A stretch of DNA of 64,000 bases from Bacteroidales bacterium (lineage in GTDB: Bacteria > Bacteroidota > Bacteroidia > Bacteroidales > 4484-276). Made by a program: the position numbers and the translations under genes. The number at the start of each line of letters is the position of its first letter. Position 1 is the first letter of the stretch. The stretch covers positions 10,242 to 74,241 of the forward strand of contig JACZJL010000027.1 in assembly GCA_014860585.1 (NCBI GenBank). The letters run 5' to 3'. Positions 20,678-30,930 of the stretch are shown piece after piece. The notes beneath the pieces were generated by a model. That model was not told where the DNA came from, did no database searches, and saw only the letters and a list, made by a program, of their open reading frames with translations.

Positions 20678-21745
20678 TTAATCAACTATTGGGTTTGTTA
20701 AAATTCCGATTGTCATCTTGGGTTGCCGATCCACAGTAAACAGCCCCCAGTGCTTTTCGGCGCCCAGCGGGTTGCCCGGGTCACCTTTCCAGTCTTCGTC
20801 AAAAGCCTCGAAAATGAATGTGGTGATATTGTTCTCTTTTGACCACCCCATCAGTTCGCTGACGTATCTTTGTTGTTTTTCCTGGCTTGCCCGCTCGCCA
20901 AACTCGGAGGCGACGGATGGCCATCCTGCCTCAGCAATCACGATTTTCGCCCCGGGAAGTGCCGCCTTCACCTCTTCTACATTCTCCAAGGTATAGCTCA
21001 TCCCTGCGTCAATATCTCTTTCTTCCCAAACGGGGTAAGTATGAATGGCCACAAAATCCACAACGCCTGCGAGTTCTTTTCCATGATCGGCCCACCACTT
21101 GTAGTTGTCGGCTACCGTAACCGGTTGTTCGATGGCTTGTTGCACCCTTTTCACGTAAGCGATCACCGAATCCACCGAAACTTTGTGGTCGTTCCATTCA
21201 ACCAGCGCTTCATTGCCTACATTCACGGCCACGATGATATCGCTGTATTCTTTCGCCAGTTTGATCCCTGCGGCAATTTCGCTGTCGTTGAGTTTTTTAT
21301 TTTCATCGAGGGTTTCCTGTGGAATAGGTTCAGTGAGCCATTCACAGGTTTGGTGGGCGCTGAGTTCGGCGCGCAGCCAAATCCCGAGCATCACCTTGAA
21401 ATCGAGGTTATTCTCCCTGATCACTTCGAGCACCATCCGGCTGTTTTCCCCGCAATCGTAAAGGCGGAAGAGTCTGAATGGCGTTTGATCGGCAAGGATT
21501 TGCAGGTCTTCGAGGATTTCTTCGTAGGTTGGATTTATAGCGCCATTGCCGCGGTCAGGGTGCTGGCCGCTGCGAAAGCCTGAGTAGCAGACCGCTTCGG
21601 AAACACTGCTGAGCAGCATGATTTCTGTTTGCATGGGTTTGGTTTCGGATTTGTTATCGCGTTGCTGTGCCGGATTGCAGGCCAGAAAACCAAACAGGGC
21701 GAACAGCAGCAGGAGTTTATAGCTATTTTTCTTTTTCATGATCAT
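20678..21745 (-). CDS. GH17 beta-1,3-glucanase, lipoprotein (paralog of 11465-12403)
   Basis: Lipobox FLAC; AVCYSGFR, VNVGNEAL, IAEAGWP, FEAFDEDWK..EKHWGL. Confidence 0.85.
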   Translation of the reverse strand: MIMKKKNSYKLLLLFALFGFLACNPAQQRDNKSETKPMQTEIMLLSSVSEAVCYSGFRSGQHPDRGNGAINPTYEEILEDLQILADQTPFRLFRLYDCGENSRMVLEVIRENNLDFKVMLGIWLRAELSAHQTCEWLTEPIPQETLDENKKLNDSEIAAGIKLAKEYSDIIVAVNVGNEALVEWNDHKVSVDSVIAYVKRVQQAIEQPVTVADNYKWWADHGKELAGVVDFVAIHTYPVWEERDIDAGMSYTLENVEEVKAALPGAKIVIAEAGWPSVASEFGERASQEKQQRYVSELMGWSKENNITTFIFEAFDEDWKGDPGNPLGAEKHWGLFTVDRQPKMTIGILTNPIVD

Positions 21746-21749
21746 TTTT

Positions 21750-23060
21750 CTAATTCACATAAAAAGGAATATTGGCAGTGGCTGCATTGTTATTGCCATC
21801 GAAAACATAAACAAACAGCCTGTATTCGCCGGGTGCTTCGGGTGCATTGATGAAGATGCGGTAATCGGTTGAATCCATACCAAGCAGTGTTGTTGGACGC
21901 GGTTCGAAATCGCCGCCATCGCTTTGCTGATCTACGGGCACTTCCGGTAATATTTCCCAAAAATAGTTCAGCTTGTCGCCGTCGGGATCAGTGGCCAGCA
22001 CTTCGGCTTCTAATTGCCCGTCAGGGGAAAGATAGACATCGTCGTAGGCCGTTAGTCCATTAATCAGAAAATGTTGCAATTGCGGAGCGCGGTTTTCGGG
22101 CCAGGCGCCAGTCCAGAGGTATTGCATCACATCTACCGATTCGGTTTTCTCACCCGATTTGAGGAACATGCCATACCAGGTGGGTGTGCGCTCCTGTTTT
22201 TGCCCCCAAAGGAAAACAAATGAACCGATGCAGTGGTAGGTGTCGGCGGCAATGAACTTTTCATATCGTTCTTTGTAAGCCATGGCTTTGATGTGACTGT
22301 TTTCTTCGATGGGGCGATGCCAGGCTGTCAGCGGAACCTCCCAGTGACCGGTCACACCCCATTCGGTCATTGCGTAAGCACCTTCATAAGCACTTTCGGC
22401 AATGTAACCCGGGAGTTTATTGATGCTGCCATACAATTGAAAACTGAGGAAATCGAGCGATTTACCACGTTCGGAAACGGCCTGGATGACTTCTGGACTG
22501 GCGCCGGCAATCATGGTTGTTGTCAGATGGTTTGGGTCAACTTTTTTTATCATTTCCGAAATCTCATTCACGGCATTCCACACCTTTTTGTTGGTGTAGC
22601 GCAGATTAAGCTCGTTGCCGATCCCCCATGCAAGCAGCGCCGGGTGATCCTTGTATTTCATTACTTCTTCTCTGACAAACTCAAGTTGCTTTTTTACAGC
22701 GGCTTCATCATCATAATCAAACCCATGACGTTCGCGGGCAATGTTCAGCCCCATCACCACCATCAGTCCATTGGCGTGGGCGCCATCCAGTAATTCTTTT
22801 CCCGAAAAATGCTCATTTCCGGTACTCCATGTTCTCATGGTATTTCCGCCGTACTTTGCCACAGATGCTGGATCGTGGCCGTCGGTTCCTGCACCTTTCA
22901 TGTAATATGGCTCTCCATTCACATAAATCTGAAAGCCGTATGACTCTTTCTTCAATTCCACTTTTTTCGGCACTGTTGAATTCGGATCTGCGCTGCGTCC
23001 GCAGGAAGTGGCGATTGCTGTGTAAAGTATGGACATCAATATTAGGATGTAAAATTTCAT
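21750..23060 (-). CDS. GH158-like endo-beta-1,3-glucanase, lipoprotein
   Basis: Lipobox ATSC; GGNTMRTW, WGIGNELN, MTEWGVTGHWE, FLWGQKQERTPTWYG, C-terminal Ig-like domain. Confidence 0.75.
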   Translation of the reverse strand: MKFYILILMSILYTAIATSCGRSADPNSTVPKKVELKKESYGFQIYVNGEPYYMKGAGTDGHDPASVAKYGGNTMRTWSTGNEHFSGKELLDGAHANGLMVVMGLNIARERHGFDYDDEAAVKKQLEFVREEVMKYKDHPALLAWGIGNELNLRYTNKKVWNAVNEISEMIKKVDPNHLTTTMIAGASPEVIQAVSERGKSLDFLSFQLYGSINKLPGYIAESAYEGAYAMTEWGVTGHWEVPLTAWHRPIEENSHIKAMAYKERYEKFIAADTYHCIGSFVFLWGQKQERTPTWYGMFLKSGEKTESVDVMQYLWTGAWPENRAPQLQHFLINGLTAYDDVYLSPDGQLEAEVLATDPDGDKLNYFWEILPEVPVDQQSDGGDFEPRPTTLLGMDSTDYRIFINAPEAPGEYRLFVYVFDGNNNAATANIPFYVN

Positions 23061-23064
23061 GGCT

Positions 23065-24639
23065 CTATCTAATTTTCTTTTCCCTGATCAGAATACCTTC
23101 AAGTTCTTCAAGGGATTTATTTTTTGTTTCGGGAAGAATGATCGAAATAATTACCAGTCCAACTACGGCAAAAAGCCCGTAGATGAGGAAAGTGAAAGAA
23201 TTACCCAGGGTGGCAAGCTCCCAGGGGAAAACCAATTGCACCAGGAAACTCACTCCCGAGTTGATAAACCCGACAAACGAAATGGCGAGGCCGCGGATAT
23301 AATTTGGGAAGATTTCGGAGAATAAGACCCACATGACAGGTCCTAAAGATATGGCAAAGGAGGCCACAAAACCGATAATCCCCAGCAGAATCAACCAGGA
23401 GTTCATGCTGGTAGCGGCAGCTATCAGATCGGATTCAATTTTTTTTGCTTCAACAGTTCCAAACACCTGATCAATTTCGCGTTTGAACTCCACGTCGCTG
23501 GTGAAAGTTTTTCCCTTGAATGGCTCTATCTTGCCGAGGTCAATATGTGAGGGCAGGCTGCTAATGTCCTCATCTGTTAACGTATAGGTGGCATTGTAAA
23601 AACCCCACGAAAGGATCAACATGCTGATGGCAATTCCCGATAATCCGAAGATCAACAACACTTTCCGTCCAAACCGGTCAATGAAAAGGATGGCCAAAAT
23701 GGTAAAAACAACATTTGTAAGTCCAACCAGTATGGCCTGGGAAAATGAAGCATCAGCACCGATCCCCGATTGTTCAAAGATCATTGGAGCATAAAAGAAC
23801 ACCGAATTGATGCCGGTTATTTGTTGCAATATTGCCACCACAATGCCAATCAGCACCACAATGCGCAGAGCAGGTTTGAATAGTTCAGATAATGGAACTT
23901 TTTTCTCCGGCGCAGCATTTACAAAGCTCGCCTTCACTGCTTCCATATCTTTGAGTGCCTGTTCCACGGTTGAAACTTTCTTCAATACTTGTAACGCTTC
24001 GGAGTCCCATCCTTTCATCATCAGCCAGCGCGGGCTGCGCGGAACAAAGAACAAAAACCCGAAATACAAAATTGCGGGCAACGTTTCAATCCCCAACATC
24101 CAACGCCATTGATGCAGGTCAATACCCATGTTATTGACCCAAGCCAAATCGGACTGACTCAGGCGAAGAATGATGTAGTTGGTGAAGAAAGCCACGGAGA
24201 TGCCGAGAACAATATTGAGCTGATTGAACGAAACAAGCCTTCCCCGCAGGTTGGAAGGGGCTATTTCGGCAATGTACATCGGAGCAATTATGAGCGAAGC
24301 GCCAACACCAAAACCTCCAAGCATGCGGGCGAAGACCAGTGTGGTGAAATCCGGGGCGAAGGCTGAAGCAAGCGCTGACACGGCATAAAAAACGGCAGCC
24401 CATCGCAGGACATACCTCCGTCCGAAAGCATTGCTCAGCGGACCTGCTATCATCATCCCCAACGTTGAAGTAAGGGTAAGCGAACTCACAGCCCATCCCA
24501 GTTGCAGCTTGGTGAGGCTGAACTCCGGTTCGATAAACCTGACAACCCCGGAGATGACGGAAGCGTCAAAACCCATCAGAAAGCCGCCCAACGCAACGAT
24601 GAGAGAAATCTTAACTGTATATTTTTGTTCTTTGCTCAT
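23065..24639 (-). CDS. Sugar porter family MFS transporter (XylE/GalP-like, probably glucose)
   Basis: LGGFLMGFDASVISG, PMYIAEIAP..RGRLVSFNQL, PRSPRWL, QQITGINSVFFY, PETKNKSLEE; start MSKEQK at 24639. Confidence 0.9.
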   Translation of the reverse strand: MSKEQKYTVKISLIVALGGFLMGFDASVISGVVRFIEPEFSLTKLQLGWAVSSLTLTSTLGMMIAGPLSNAFGRRYVLRWAAVFYAVSALASAFAPDFTTLVFARMLGGFGVGASLIIAPMYIAEIAPSNLRGRLVSFNQLNIVLGISVAFFTNYIILRLSQSDLAWVNNMGIDLHQWRWMLGIETLPAILYFGFLFFVPRSPRWLMMKGWDSEALQVLKKVSTVEQALKDMEAVKASFVNAAPEKKVPLSELFKPALRIVVLIGIVVAILQQITGINSVFFYAPMIFEQSGIGADASFSQAILVGLTNVVFTILAILFIDRFGRKVLLIFGLSGIAISMLILSWGFYNATYTLTDEDISSLPSHIDLGKIEPFKGKTFTSDVEFKREIDQVFGTVEAKKIESDLIAAATSMNSWLILLGIIGFVASFAISLGPVMWVLFSEIFPNYIRGLAISFVGFINSGVSFLVQLVFPWELATLGNSFTFLIYGLFAVVGLVIISIILPETKNKSLEELEGILIREKKIR

Positions 24640-24769
24640 CTTTGTTGTATCAACCTTGTGGACAAAAGCATGACACTGGAACTGACAATCCAACGTCCCT
24701 GCTTCATCTTGTTTTAGCTAATTAAGGAAAAGAAATTTGTTTCCGGTGTAAGCTGATGGCCGGAACAAT

Positions 24770-24849
24770 AAAAAAATGAGGCAGCCTGGCAAAATATTAA
24801 TTAAAACTATGGTAAAATAATTCATTAAAAAAAGAACCGGCTGCCTCAT
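24770..24849 (-). terminator. Long-loop terminator-like structure after GH16
   Basis: ATGAGGCAGCC (24776-24786) / GGCTGCCTCAT (24839-24849), 52-nt AT-rich loop, followed by a T run on the minus strand. Confidence 0.45.
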
Positions 24850-24936
24850 ATGCTGTCAAATCGTTTATTGAAGTCCGGAGGATTTCAATCTATCCACTTT
24901 GAACAAACATAACTAAACACCAAAATACCTTATCAC

Positions 24937-26262
24937 TTATTCCTGATAAACCCTGACCCAGTCAATCTGCATGGTTTGCGGGAATTCTGTACTGGCGTTG
25001 GGCGGACCAGGCCAGTTGCCACCAACGGCTAAATTCAGAATAATGAAAAAATTATTTTGAAATTCGCTCAGCCCTGCAGGTGTGATATCTGCGACATAAT
25101 ATTGAATATCATCCACATAGGCTCTTATTTCCTGATCATCCCATTCAACGGCAAATACATGGAAATTGTCAGCAAAAATACCGGAAGTCAAAGTGTATGA
25201 CAGACCATATTGCGCATGCTCACCGTCATTGTCCCAGTGCAGGGTTGCATGGCAGGTATTGTCTCCATTTGTACCACCAACCATCTCCATGATGTCAATT
25301 TCGCCACATGCCGGCCAGCCCACCTGATCGAAGTTAGCGCCAAGCATCCAGAATGCCGGCCATAAGCCCTGACCATAGGGAAGTTTAATACGGGCTTCAA
25401 TCTTGCCGTATTTTACATCAAATTTGCCCTGGGTCGTTATTCGTGCCGAGGTGTAGTCTCTTCCTCCAACCTGTTCTTCCCTGGCTGTAATGGTGAGGAC
25501 ACCGTTTTCCACATAGGCATTGCTTTCGGAATCGGTATAATATTGCAACTCTTCATTACCCCAGCCGGTGCCTCCGGTTTCTGTATTCCATTTTGCCGGA
25601 TCAGGTTTGCCGGTGTAATTGAACTCTTCAGCCCAAATAAGATTTGGATTGTAGTTCGGGTCGTCCTCTGTAATGGTTACAGGTTGGGAATGGGAAAAGT
25701 CGGTATTGTTAAGTGTAACTACCAGTTGGATCGTATAATCCCCTGCGTAAGGGAAATAGGCGGTATGTTCCATCTCATTCTCCACCTCCTGGTCAAGGTA
25801 TTTCCACACGAAGGAATCATAAGTACCAAGGGTGGTATTGGTAAGCAAAACATAGTTTGGATTGGCCGGGTCAATTTCAGCAGTGAAGTTTACCAGCAAG
25901 TCATCTTTTGTTATGCTCACAGTTTTTGTAACCGATTTTTGCGAACCATAATAATTGGTAAGCTGCAGCATCACATCATAATTGCCTGCAAGTGAAAAGT
26001 AAACCTCCGGCGATTGTTTCTTGTCTGTAAGGGTGTCAACAGTTCCGTTATCATAATTCCAAACCAGCCAGTAATACTCGCCTGATGAATTGTTGATAAA
26101 CCTGACATGATTATCGTCGATGTATTCAAAGCTAAAATCGGCATTGAAATCCGGTTCATCATTCTTATCACAACTGTTGATGCCAAGGATCATGAATAAA
26201 GCTAAAACCGGAAATAAGTACCAGCGTAGGCTTTTGCGAAAAATTTTAGTTATCTGTCTCAT
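24937..26262 (-). CDS. GH16 laminarinase lipoprotein with N-terminal PKD-like domains
   Basis: Catalytic WPACGEIDIME, GWGNEELQYY, YTSARI, LNLAVGGNWPG; lipobox INSC; start MRQITK at 26262. Confidence 0.9.
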   Translation of the reverse strand: MRQITKIFRKSLRWYLFPVLALFMILGINSCDKNDEPDFNADFSFEYIDDNHVRFINNSSGEYYWLVWNYDNGTVDTLTDKKQSPEVYFSLAGNYDVMLQLTNYYGSQKSVTKTVSITKDDLLVNFTAEIDPANPNYVLLTNTTLGTYDSFVWKYLDQEVENEMEHTAYFPYAGDYTIQLVVTLNNTDFSHSQPVTITEDDPNYNPNLIWAEEFNYTGKPDPAKWNTETGGTGWGNEELQYYTDSESNAYVENGVLTITAREEQVGGRDYTSARITTQGKFDVKYGKIEARIKLPYGQGLWPAFWMLGANFDQVGWPACGEIDIMEMVGGTNGDNTCHATLHWDNDGEHAQYGLSYTLTSGIFADNFHVFAVEWDDQEIRAYVDDIQYYVADITPAGLSEFQNNFFIILNLAVGGNWPGPPNASTEFPQTMQIDWVRVYQE

Positions 26263-26316
26263 ACTGAATGTCTTTATTTTTAAATTGATAAAGAGTGGCC
26301 TCTTCATAGTCTGAGT

Positions 26317-26366
26317 GTAAGTTGGTTGCAAACAGGATAATTTTTTATCCTGCCTGCAACGCTTAC
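26317..26366 (-). terminator. Intergenic stem-loop
   Basis: GTTGCA..CAGGATAA / TTATCCTG..TGCAAC nested inverted repeat. Confidence 0.4.
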
Positions 26367-26431
26367 TTATTACTTAACTAACCTTATGAAATATGAGAAA
26401 GCCACTACAATAAAGTTTTTAATTGTTCTGA

Positions 26432-27367
26432 TTATTCGGGTTTAACACTGGTGAAAGTGTGATACCAGGCGTAAGTATCATCTTCTTTAATCCTCACCCT
26501 GAGGATATTATCGGTCACTTCGATGATGTCATATTCGCTTGCGCCCACCCACCAGCACATAAATCCTTCATTGGAAAAAGTCATGGTAGTACCACGGTAT
26601 TGCCCGACAACTGAGGCATTGGAAGAAGACGGGGAAAGTGAGATATTTTTCACACCGTAAAGTGGATAAGCCACTGTTTCGTCGTGACACACATCACCCT
26701 CAACGCCGATTTTTCCGGCATAAGTTCCAGGAATGAAGGCCGGGCCGATTGTTTGCTCGAAGGTCATCCCTGTTGCTGTTTTGGTAAAAACGAATTCTGC
26801 ATCGTACATGCAGGCTTTGGCTGGATCGTTGGCCGAGATGCTCCACCAGGCTGCCCAGGTGAATTCGGCATTACCATAATCTTCAGCTGTTGGTCCTAAG
26901 CCGGTAAATCCGGGTTGATCATAAGCCCAATACCAGGTTTTGGAGCTGCCTCCTGTGAGATACTGAACTGCTTCGGCATCCTCGAAAGTACTTAATACCT
27001 CAAGTTGTGTAGATTTTACAGAGGTAATTCCGCCGGTTCCGACAGCATGAACAGTCACATTGTAAGCAACTACTCCGGTGATGGAAAAACGCTTTGTAAC
27101 TTTACCGCTTGCCGAGATCATAGGGCTTGAGCCATCCCCAAAATCAAAAGTATAGGTGATGGCGTTTAAAGCTGTAGCTGTGAAATTGACCAGTCCGCTT
27201 CCGTCTCCATTTGGGTTTTCGGCATCGGCTCCCACGATTTCAAAGCTTAAGGTCACATTGGTTGGTGCAACCAATTCTCCCAGGTCATATTCATCTTTTT
27301 GGCATGAATTGGAAATGAATAACATGCCAATGATTGTAATAAATGCAATGAGGTTATGCTTTTTCAT
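26432..27367 (-). CDS. PKD-domain surface glycan-binding lipoprotein
   Basis: Lipobox SNSC; YTFDFGDG PKD motif; LTGGSSKTW; position downstream of susD; start MKKHN assumed. Confidence 0.75.
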   Translation of the reverse strand: MKKHNLIAFITIIGMLFISNSCQKDEYDLGELVAPTNVTLSFEIVGADAENPNGDGSGLVNFTATALNAITYTFDFGDGSSPMISASGKVTKRFSITGVVAYNVTVHAVGTGGITSVKSTQLEVLSTFEDAEAVQYLTGGSSKTWYWAYDQPGFTGLGPTAEDYGNAEFTWAAWWSISANDPAKACMYDAEFVFTKTATGMTFEQTIGPAFIPGTYAGKIGVEGDVCHDETVAYPLYGVKNISLSPSSSNASVVGQYRGTTMTFSNEGFMCWWVGASEYDIIEVTDNILRVRIKEDDTYAWYHTFTSVKPE

Positions 27368-27378
27368 GTTTATCATTA

Positions 27379-29421
27379 TTAATTGGTTAGCGTTAAATCG
27401 TCAATGTAATAAGTAGTATCATCACCCAGGTTACCAAAATCAAAGAAGATAACCACGCGGTCGTAATAAAAATCGGGTGCTGCACTGAAATTGAAAATGA
27501 GCTCTTCCCAGGTATCCGAGACAGTCGTTGTCATATCAACTTCGAATGCTTCATTACCATTAGCTGAATTTTCGAGTTTCAGTTTGACAATAATTCCTGT
27601 TTTTGGCGACCAGGTTTTTACTTTAATAGAGGTGTAAGTGTCAAGATCAAGATTGTAACTTAGATCGAAGAAACTGCCGGCCCATGTTTCAGCGCCCTGT
27701 GGCTTGTTAAATTCAGCTACATGGCCTGATGTATTGATCCCGGTAGGATCAGGATTTTCGGTGACAAATGCGTAACCATTACCGAAGTCGGTAAAAGTGA
27801 TGGGTTCGCCTTCAAAATCTGCAAAAACCACTCCTGCACCCGGGCCTCCACCTTCACCTTTCAGCTCAATTTCGTCAAAGTAATACTCGTTGCCATTACC
27901 CGGATTTCCGAAATCGAAGAAAATCACGATGCGGATATAATCAGCTGCAGGTGCACCGGAGAAGTCATACTCGAGTTCTTCCCAGGCATTGGCAGTTGTG
28001 TTGGTTACATCCACCTCATGGGTGACGCTTGCATCCTGGTTTTCAATCTTTAATTTGACAACAATTCCACTCACCGGCGACCACGTAGCAACTTTCATTG
28101 TTTTGTAGTTTTCGAGATCGAGTACCTGGGTATGTTCAAAGAACGCCCCGGCCCATGTTTCAGCACCGGATGTTTTTGTAAGTTTGGCTACAGTAGCTGT
28201 AGTGTTTAAACCTGAGGGATCAGGATTTGCAAGTATTTCGATGTCGGCAATATTTCCGAAAGCTATGAATGCCGGGGGTTCGCCTTCAAAATTCTGAATA
28301 GGGAGTGTGGAAGGTGCACTTCCGGCGACAAGTTTCACATCATCGAAATAATAAGTGGCATCATCGCCAACATTACCAAAATCGAAGAAAAACACAATCT
28401 TTTGGTAGGTTTGGCTCACATCAATGGCAGAGAAATCGTATTCCAGCTCTTCCCATGAATTGCTTGTACTTGTCGTTGCATCTGCTTCAAATGCAATCTC
28501 ACCACTATCCAGGTTTTCTACCTTAAGTTTAACAACCGCCCCTGATTTCGGCGACCAGACTTTAAGTTTGAAGAGTTTATTCGTCGAAAAGTCTATCGGG
28601 GTTTCAAGAATCAGGAGGCTGCCGGCCCAAATCTCTGCACCTGCACCTTTCACTGCTTTTGCAACCCGCGCGCTGGTGTTGATACCACTTTGATCCGGAT
28701 TGTCAATTACTGTTGCGGTATTTCCGCCAAAGTCGAGAAAAGCATAGTTTACAGTAAAAGATTCAAAGTTGATTGGAAGATTAACCGGGTCGGATGCCGC
28801 TGAAATGGTGATCATTTCAGTGTATTCTGTGGTTGCTGCTCCTCCGCTCCTGGCAACAACCTTAATTTCGTAATCACCTGGTTCTTCGTAAAAGTTTGAG
28901 GCAACCTCTCCCGGTAATACGGTGACCGGAATTTCGTCAATCGTATCGCCAAAAAAAATGTCCATCACCGCAGCATAATCGGCAATGGCTGACACATTGA
29001 TGATCCTTGGATTTACTGCGTCAGCCTGGATGGTAACAACCAGGTTTTCTGGCGCCTTGAACGAAACGGTTAGGTCCTCCTGGTAGGTATTTGTCAGGCC
29101 GGTAAGACCAACTCCCGTGATTTCAACTTTGAAAACCCCCTCGGCGTAGGTATGGGTAATTTTGTCATTCACGGTGTATTCTGCTGGTACTTCATTTTCA
29201 ACGTCGCCGAATTTAATTTTATACCCGGTAACACCTTCGGCCTGCGGCATGATTGAAACCAAACCTGAATTATCCTGTGCTATATCGTAGGTTACAGCAT
29301 TGATTTTCGGTGCAGTTACATTGTTTACTTTGTCAAGGTTGTCAATTTCCTTTTCACAGGCTAAGCCGGCGAACAGGATTACAACAATCAGGAATATATT
29401 TTTCATCTTATTCATATACAT
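27379..29421 (-). CDS. Surface glycan-binding lipoprotein with two Ig/PKD-like domains and three tandem CBM-like repeats
   Basis: Lipobox GLAC; three copies of NPDxSGINT...AEtWAG...KVxTWSP..VKLKxEN...WEELxxxFS...RIVIFFDFGN; true start may be 29415 or 29406. Confidence 0.8.
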   Translation of the reverse strand: MYMNKMKNIFLIVVILFAGLACEKEIDNLDKVNNVTAPKINAVTYDIAQDNSGLVSIMPQAEGVTGYKIKFGDVENEVPAEYTVNDKITHTYAEGVFKVEITGVGLTGLTNTYQEDLTVSFKAPENLVVTIQADAVNPRIINVSAIADYAAVMDIFFGDTIDEIPVTVLPGEVASNFYEEPGDYEIKVVARSGGAATTEYTEMITISAASDPVNLPINFESFTVNYAFLDFGGNTATVIDNPDQSGINTSARVAKAVKGAGAEIWAGSLLILETPIDFSTNKLFKLKVWSPKSGAVVKLKVENLDSGEIAFEADATTSTSNSWEELEYDFSAIDVSQTYQKIVFFFDFGNVGDDATYYFDDVKLVAGSAPSTLPIQNFEGEPPAFIAFGNIADIEILANPDPSGLNTTATVAKLTKTSGAETWAGAFFEHTQVLDLENYKTMKVATWSPVSGIVVKLKIENQDASVTHEVDVTNTTANAWEELEYDFSGAPAADYIRIVIFFDFGNPGNGNEYYFDEIELKGEGGGPGAGVVFADFEGEPITFTDFGNGYAFVTENPDPTGINTSGHVAEFNKPQGAETWAGSFFDLSYNLDLDTYTSIKVKTWSPKTGIIVKLKLENSANGNEAFEVDMTTTVSDTWEELIFNFSAAPDFYYDRVVIFFDFGNLGDDTTYYIDDLTLTN

Positions 29422-29435
29422 CTATTGTTTATTGA

Positions 29436-30920
29436 TTAGTAACCAGAATTTTGCATCCAGTTTCCATTTGAAAAATTTATCTCTTCGATGGGAACGGGAA
29501 ACAATTCATGTTTTCCGGTTATGAACCCATCAATCTCGCTGGCAGCCTGGCCAGTGCGCACGAGGTCGAAGAAACGATGACCTTCGCCCATCAGTTCCAC
29601 ATAGCGTTCATGCCAGATGGCATCAGTGAGTGCAGCACCGGTTAAGGTGACGTCATGATTATTGTCGCCAAATGCCCTTCGGCGAACCAAATTCAGATAA
29701 TCCTGCGCCCTTGTGTCATCAATACCGCCACGGTTGAGTGCTTCGGCAGCCATAAGTAAAACATCGGCATAGCGGATAGCCCTGTAGTTATTGGGGTTGG
29801 TCAGATTAAGGTCGTTTTGTGCCTCGGGTCTTCTTTTACGGGGAAGATATTTACGGTTGAAATACCCGGTATGCTCGTTGCCGGTAGTGTAGGCAGCACC
29901 CATAGTATCAGCCCAGGCCTGTATGTCGAGAATAGTGACCCCGACGCGAAGGTCTCCCGGTTCGAAAGCATCAACTGCCTTTTGAACTGGCACATTGAAA
30001 CTGAACCCGGGCGAAAATAGTGGTCCGTCGTAACCGCGAACGCCGCTAAAGCCCACAGCTATGTTCCCCTCACTGCATTGGAGGCAACCGAATCCGGCGC
30101 CTTCAACATCAGTATATTGAACTTCGAAAACCGATTCGGGACCGTTTTCTCCCTCCATTTCCCACATATCATTATAGTTAGTCGCTAGTGAATAATTTCC
30201 ATCCATTATCACCTGTTCGAGCACATTTGCAGCTTCGGTAAATTCGTCCTGGTAGAGATAAACCTTGCCAAGCAACGATTGTGCTGCTCCTTTGGAAACC
30301 TGGCCAATTGTTGTCGGATTGGCTGTCAGAACTTCCGAGGCATAGATCAGATCAGCTTCTATCTGAGCATAAACATCTGCAACAGGTGAACGCGGAATTG
30401 AGGTTTCATCACCCAGTTGAAACCGCTTATCAATTTTCAGTGGAACTGGTCCAAACCATTTTACCAGTTCAAAATAGTAATAAGCTCTCAGAAACCGGAC
30501 CTCGCCGATCATATGCTCTTTGCCGTCAAAATCGATTTTATCTTTAAACTCCATGAAATAATTCGCACGCTGCACACCGGCAAACATCCAGTTCCAGATA
30601 TCCTTGAGGTTACTGTTGGTAGATGTGTGGATCATATCGTCAACCTGCTGCCATCCAATGACATCGGTTGGGCTTTCCCCACCGCAAAGGGTATTGTCGG
30701 ATGCAATTTCGCCAAGTATTGCATTGGCATAGGTGGTTTGCAGCAGGTCGTAAGTAGCTACCAGCGCCATATAATAGTCGTCTGGCGAGTTAAAATAGTT
30801 TTCCGAATCAATGGAATACTCCGGGGATACTTTTACAAAATCATCAGAACATGAAATGAAAAATGCAGTGATGGTAAAAAGCCCCGTTAAAACTGTTTTG
30901 TTAAATATATTCTTTGTCAT
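29436..30920 (-). CDS. susD: SusD/RagB family lipoprotein
   Basis: Lipobox FISC; GEVRFLRAYYYFELVKWFG, IRYADVLLMAAEA, ERYVELMGEGHRFFDLVR; start MTKNIF at 30920. Confidence 0.95.
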   Translation of the reverse strand: MTKNIFNKTVLTGLFTITAFFISCSDDFVKVSPEYSIDSENYFNSPDDYYMALVATYDLLQTTYANAILGEIASDNTLCGGESPTDVIGWQQVDDMIHTSTNSNLKDIWNWMFAGVQRANYFMEFKDKIDFDGKEHMIGEVRFLRAYYYFELVKWFGPVPLKIDKRFQLGDETSIPRSPVADVYAQIEADLIYASEVLTANPTTIGQVSKGAAQSLLGKVYLYQDEFTEAANVLEQVIMDGNYSLATNYNDMWEMEGENGPESVFEVQYTDVEGAGFGCLQCSEGNIAVGFSGVRGYDGPLFSPGFSFNVPVQKAVDAFEPGDLRVGVTILDIQAWADTMGAAYTTGNEHTGYFNRKYLPRKRRPEAQNDLNLTNPNNYRAIRYADVLLMAAEALNRGGIDDTRAQDYLNLVRRRAFGDNNHDVTLTGAALTDAIWHERYVELMGEGHRFFDLVRTGQAASEIDGFITGKHELFPVPIEEINFSNGNWMQNSGY

Positions 30921-30930
30921 GGCTTTCGAA

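Noticed and set aside
20870..22793. 237-aa and 186-aa plus-strand ORFs
   Set aside because: Antisense shadows of the GH17 and GH158-like genes.
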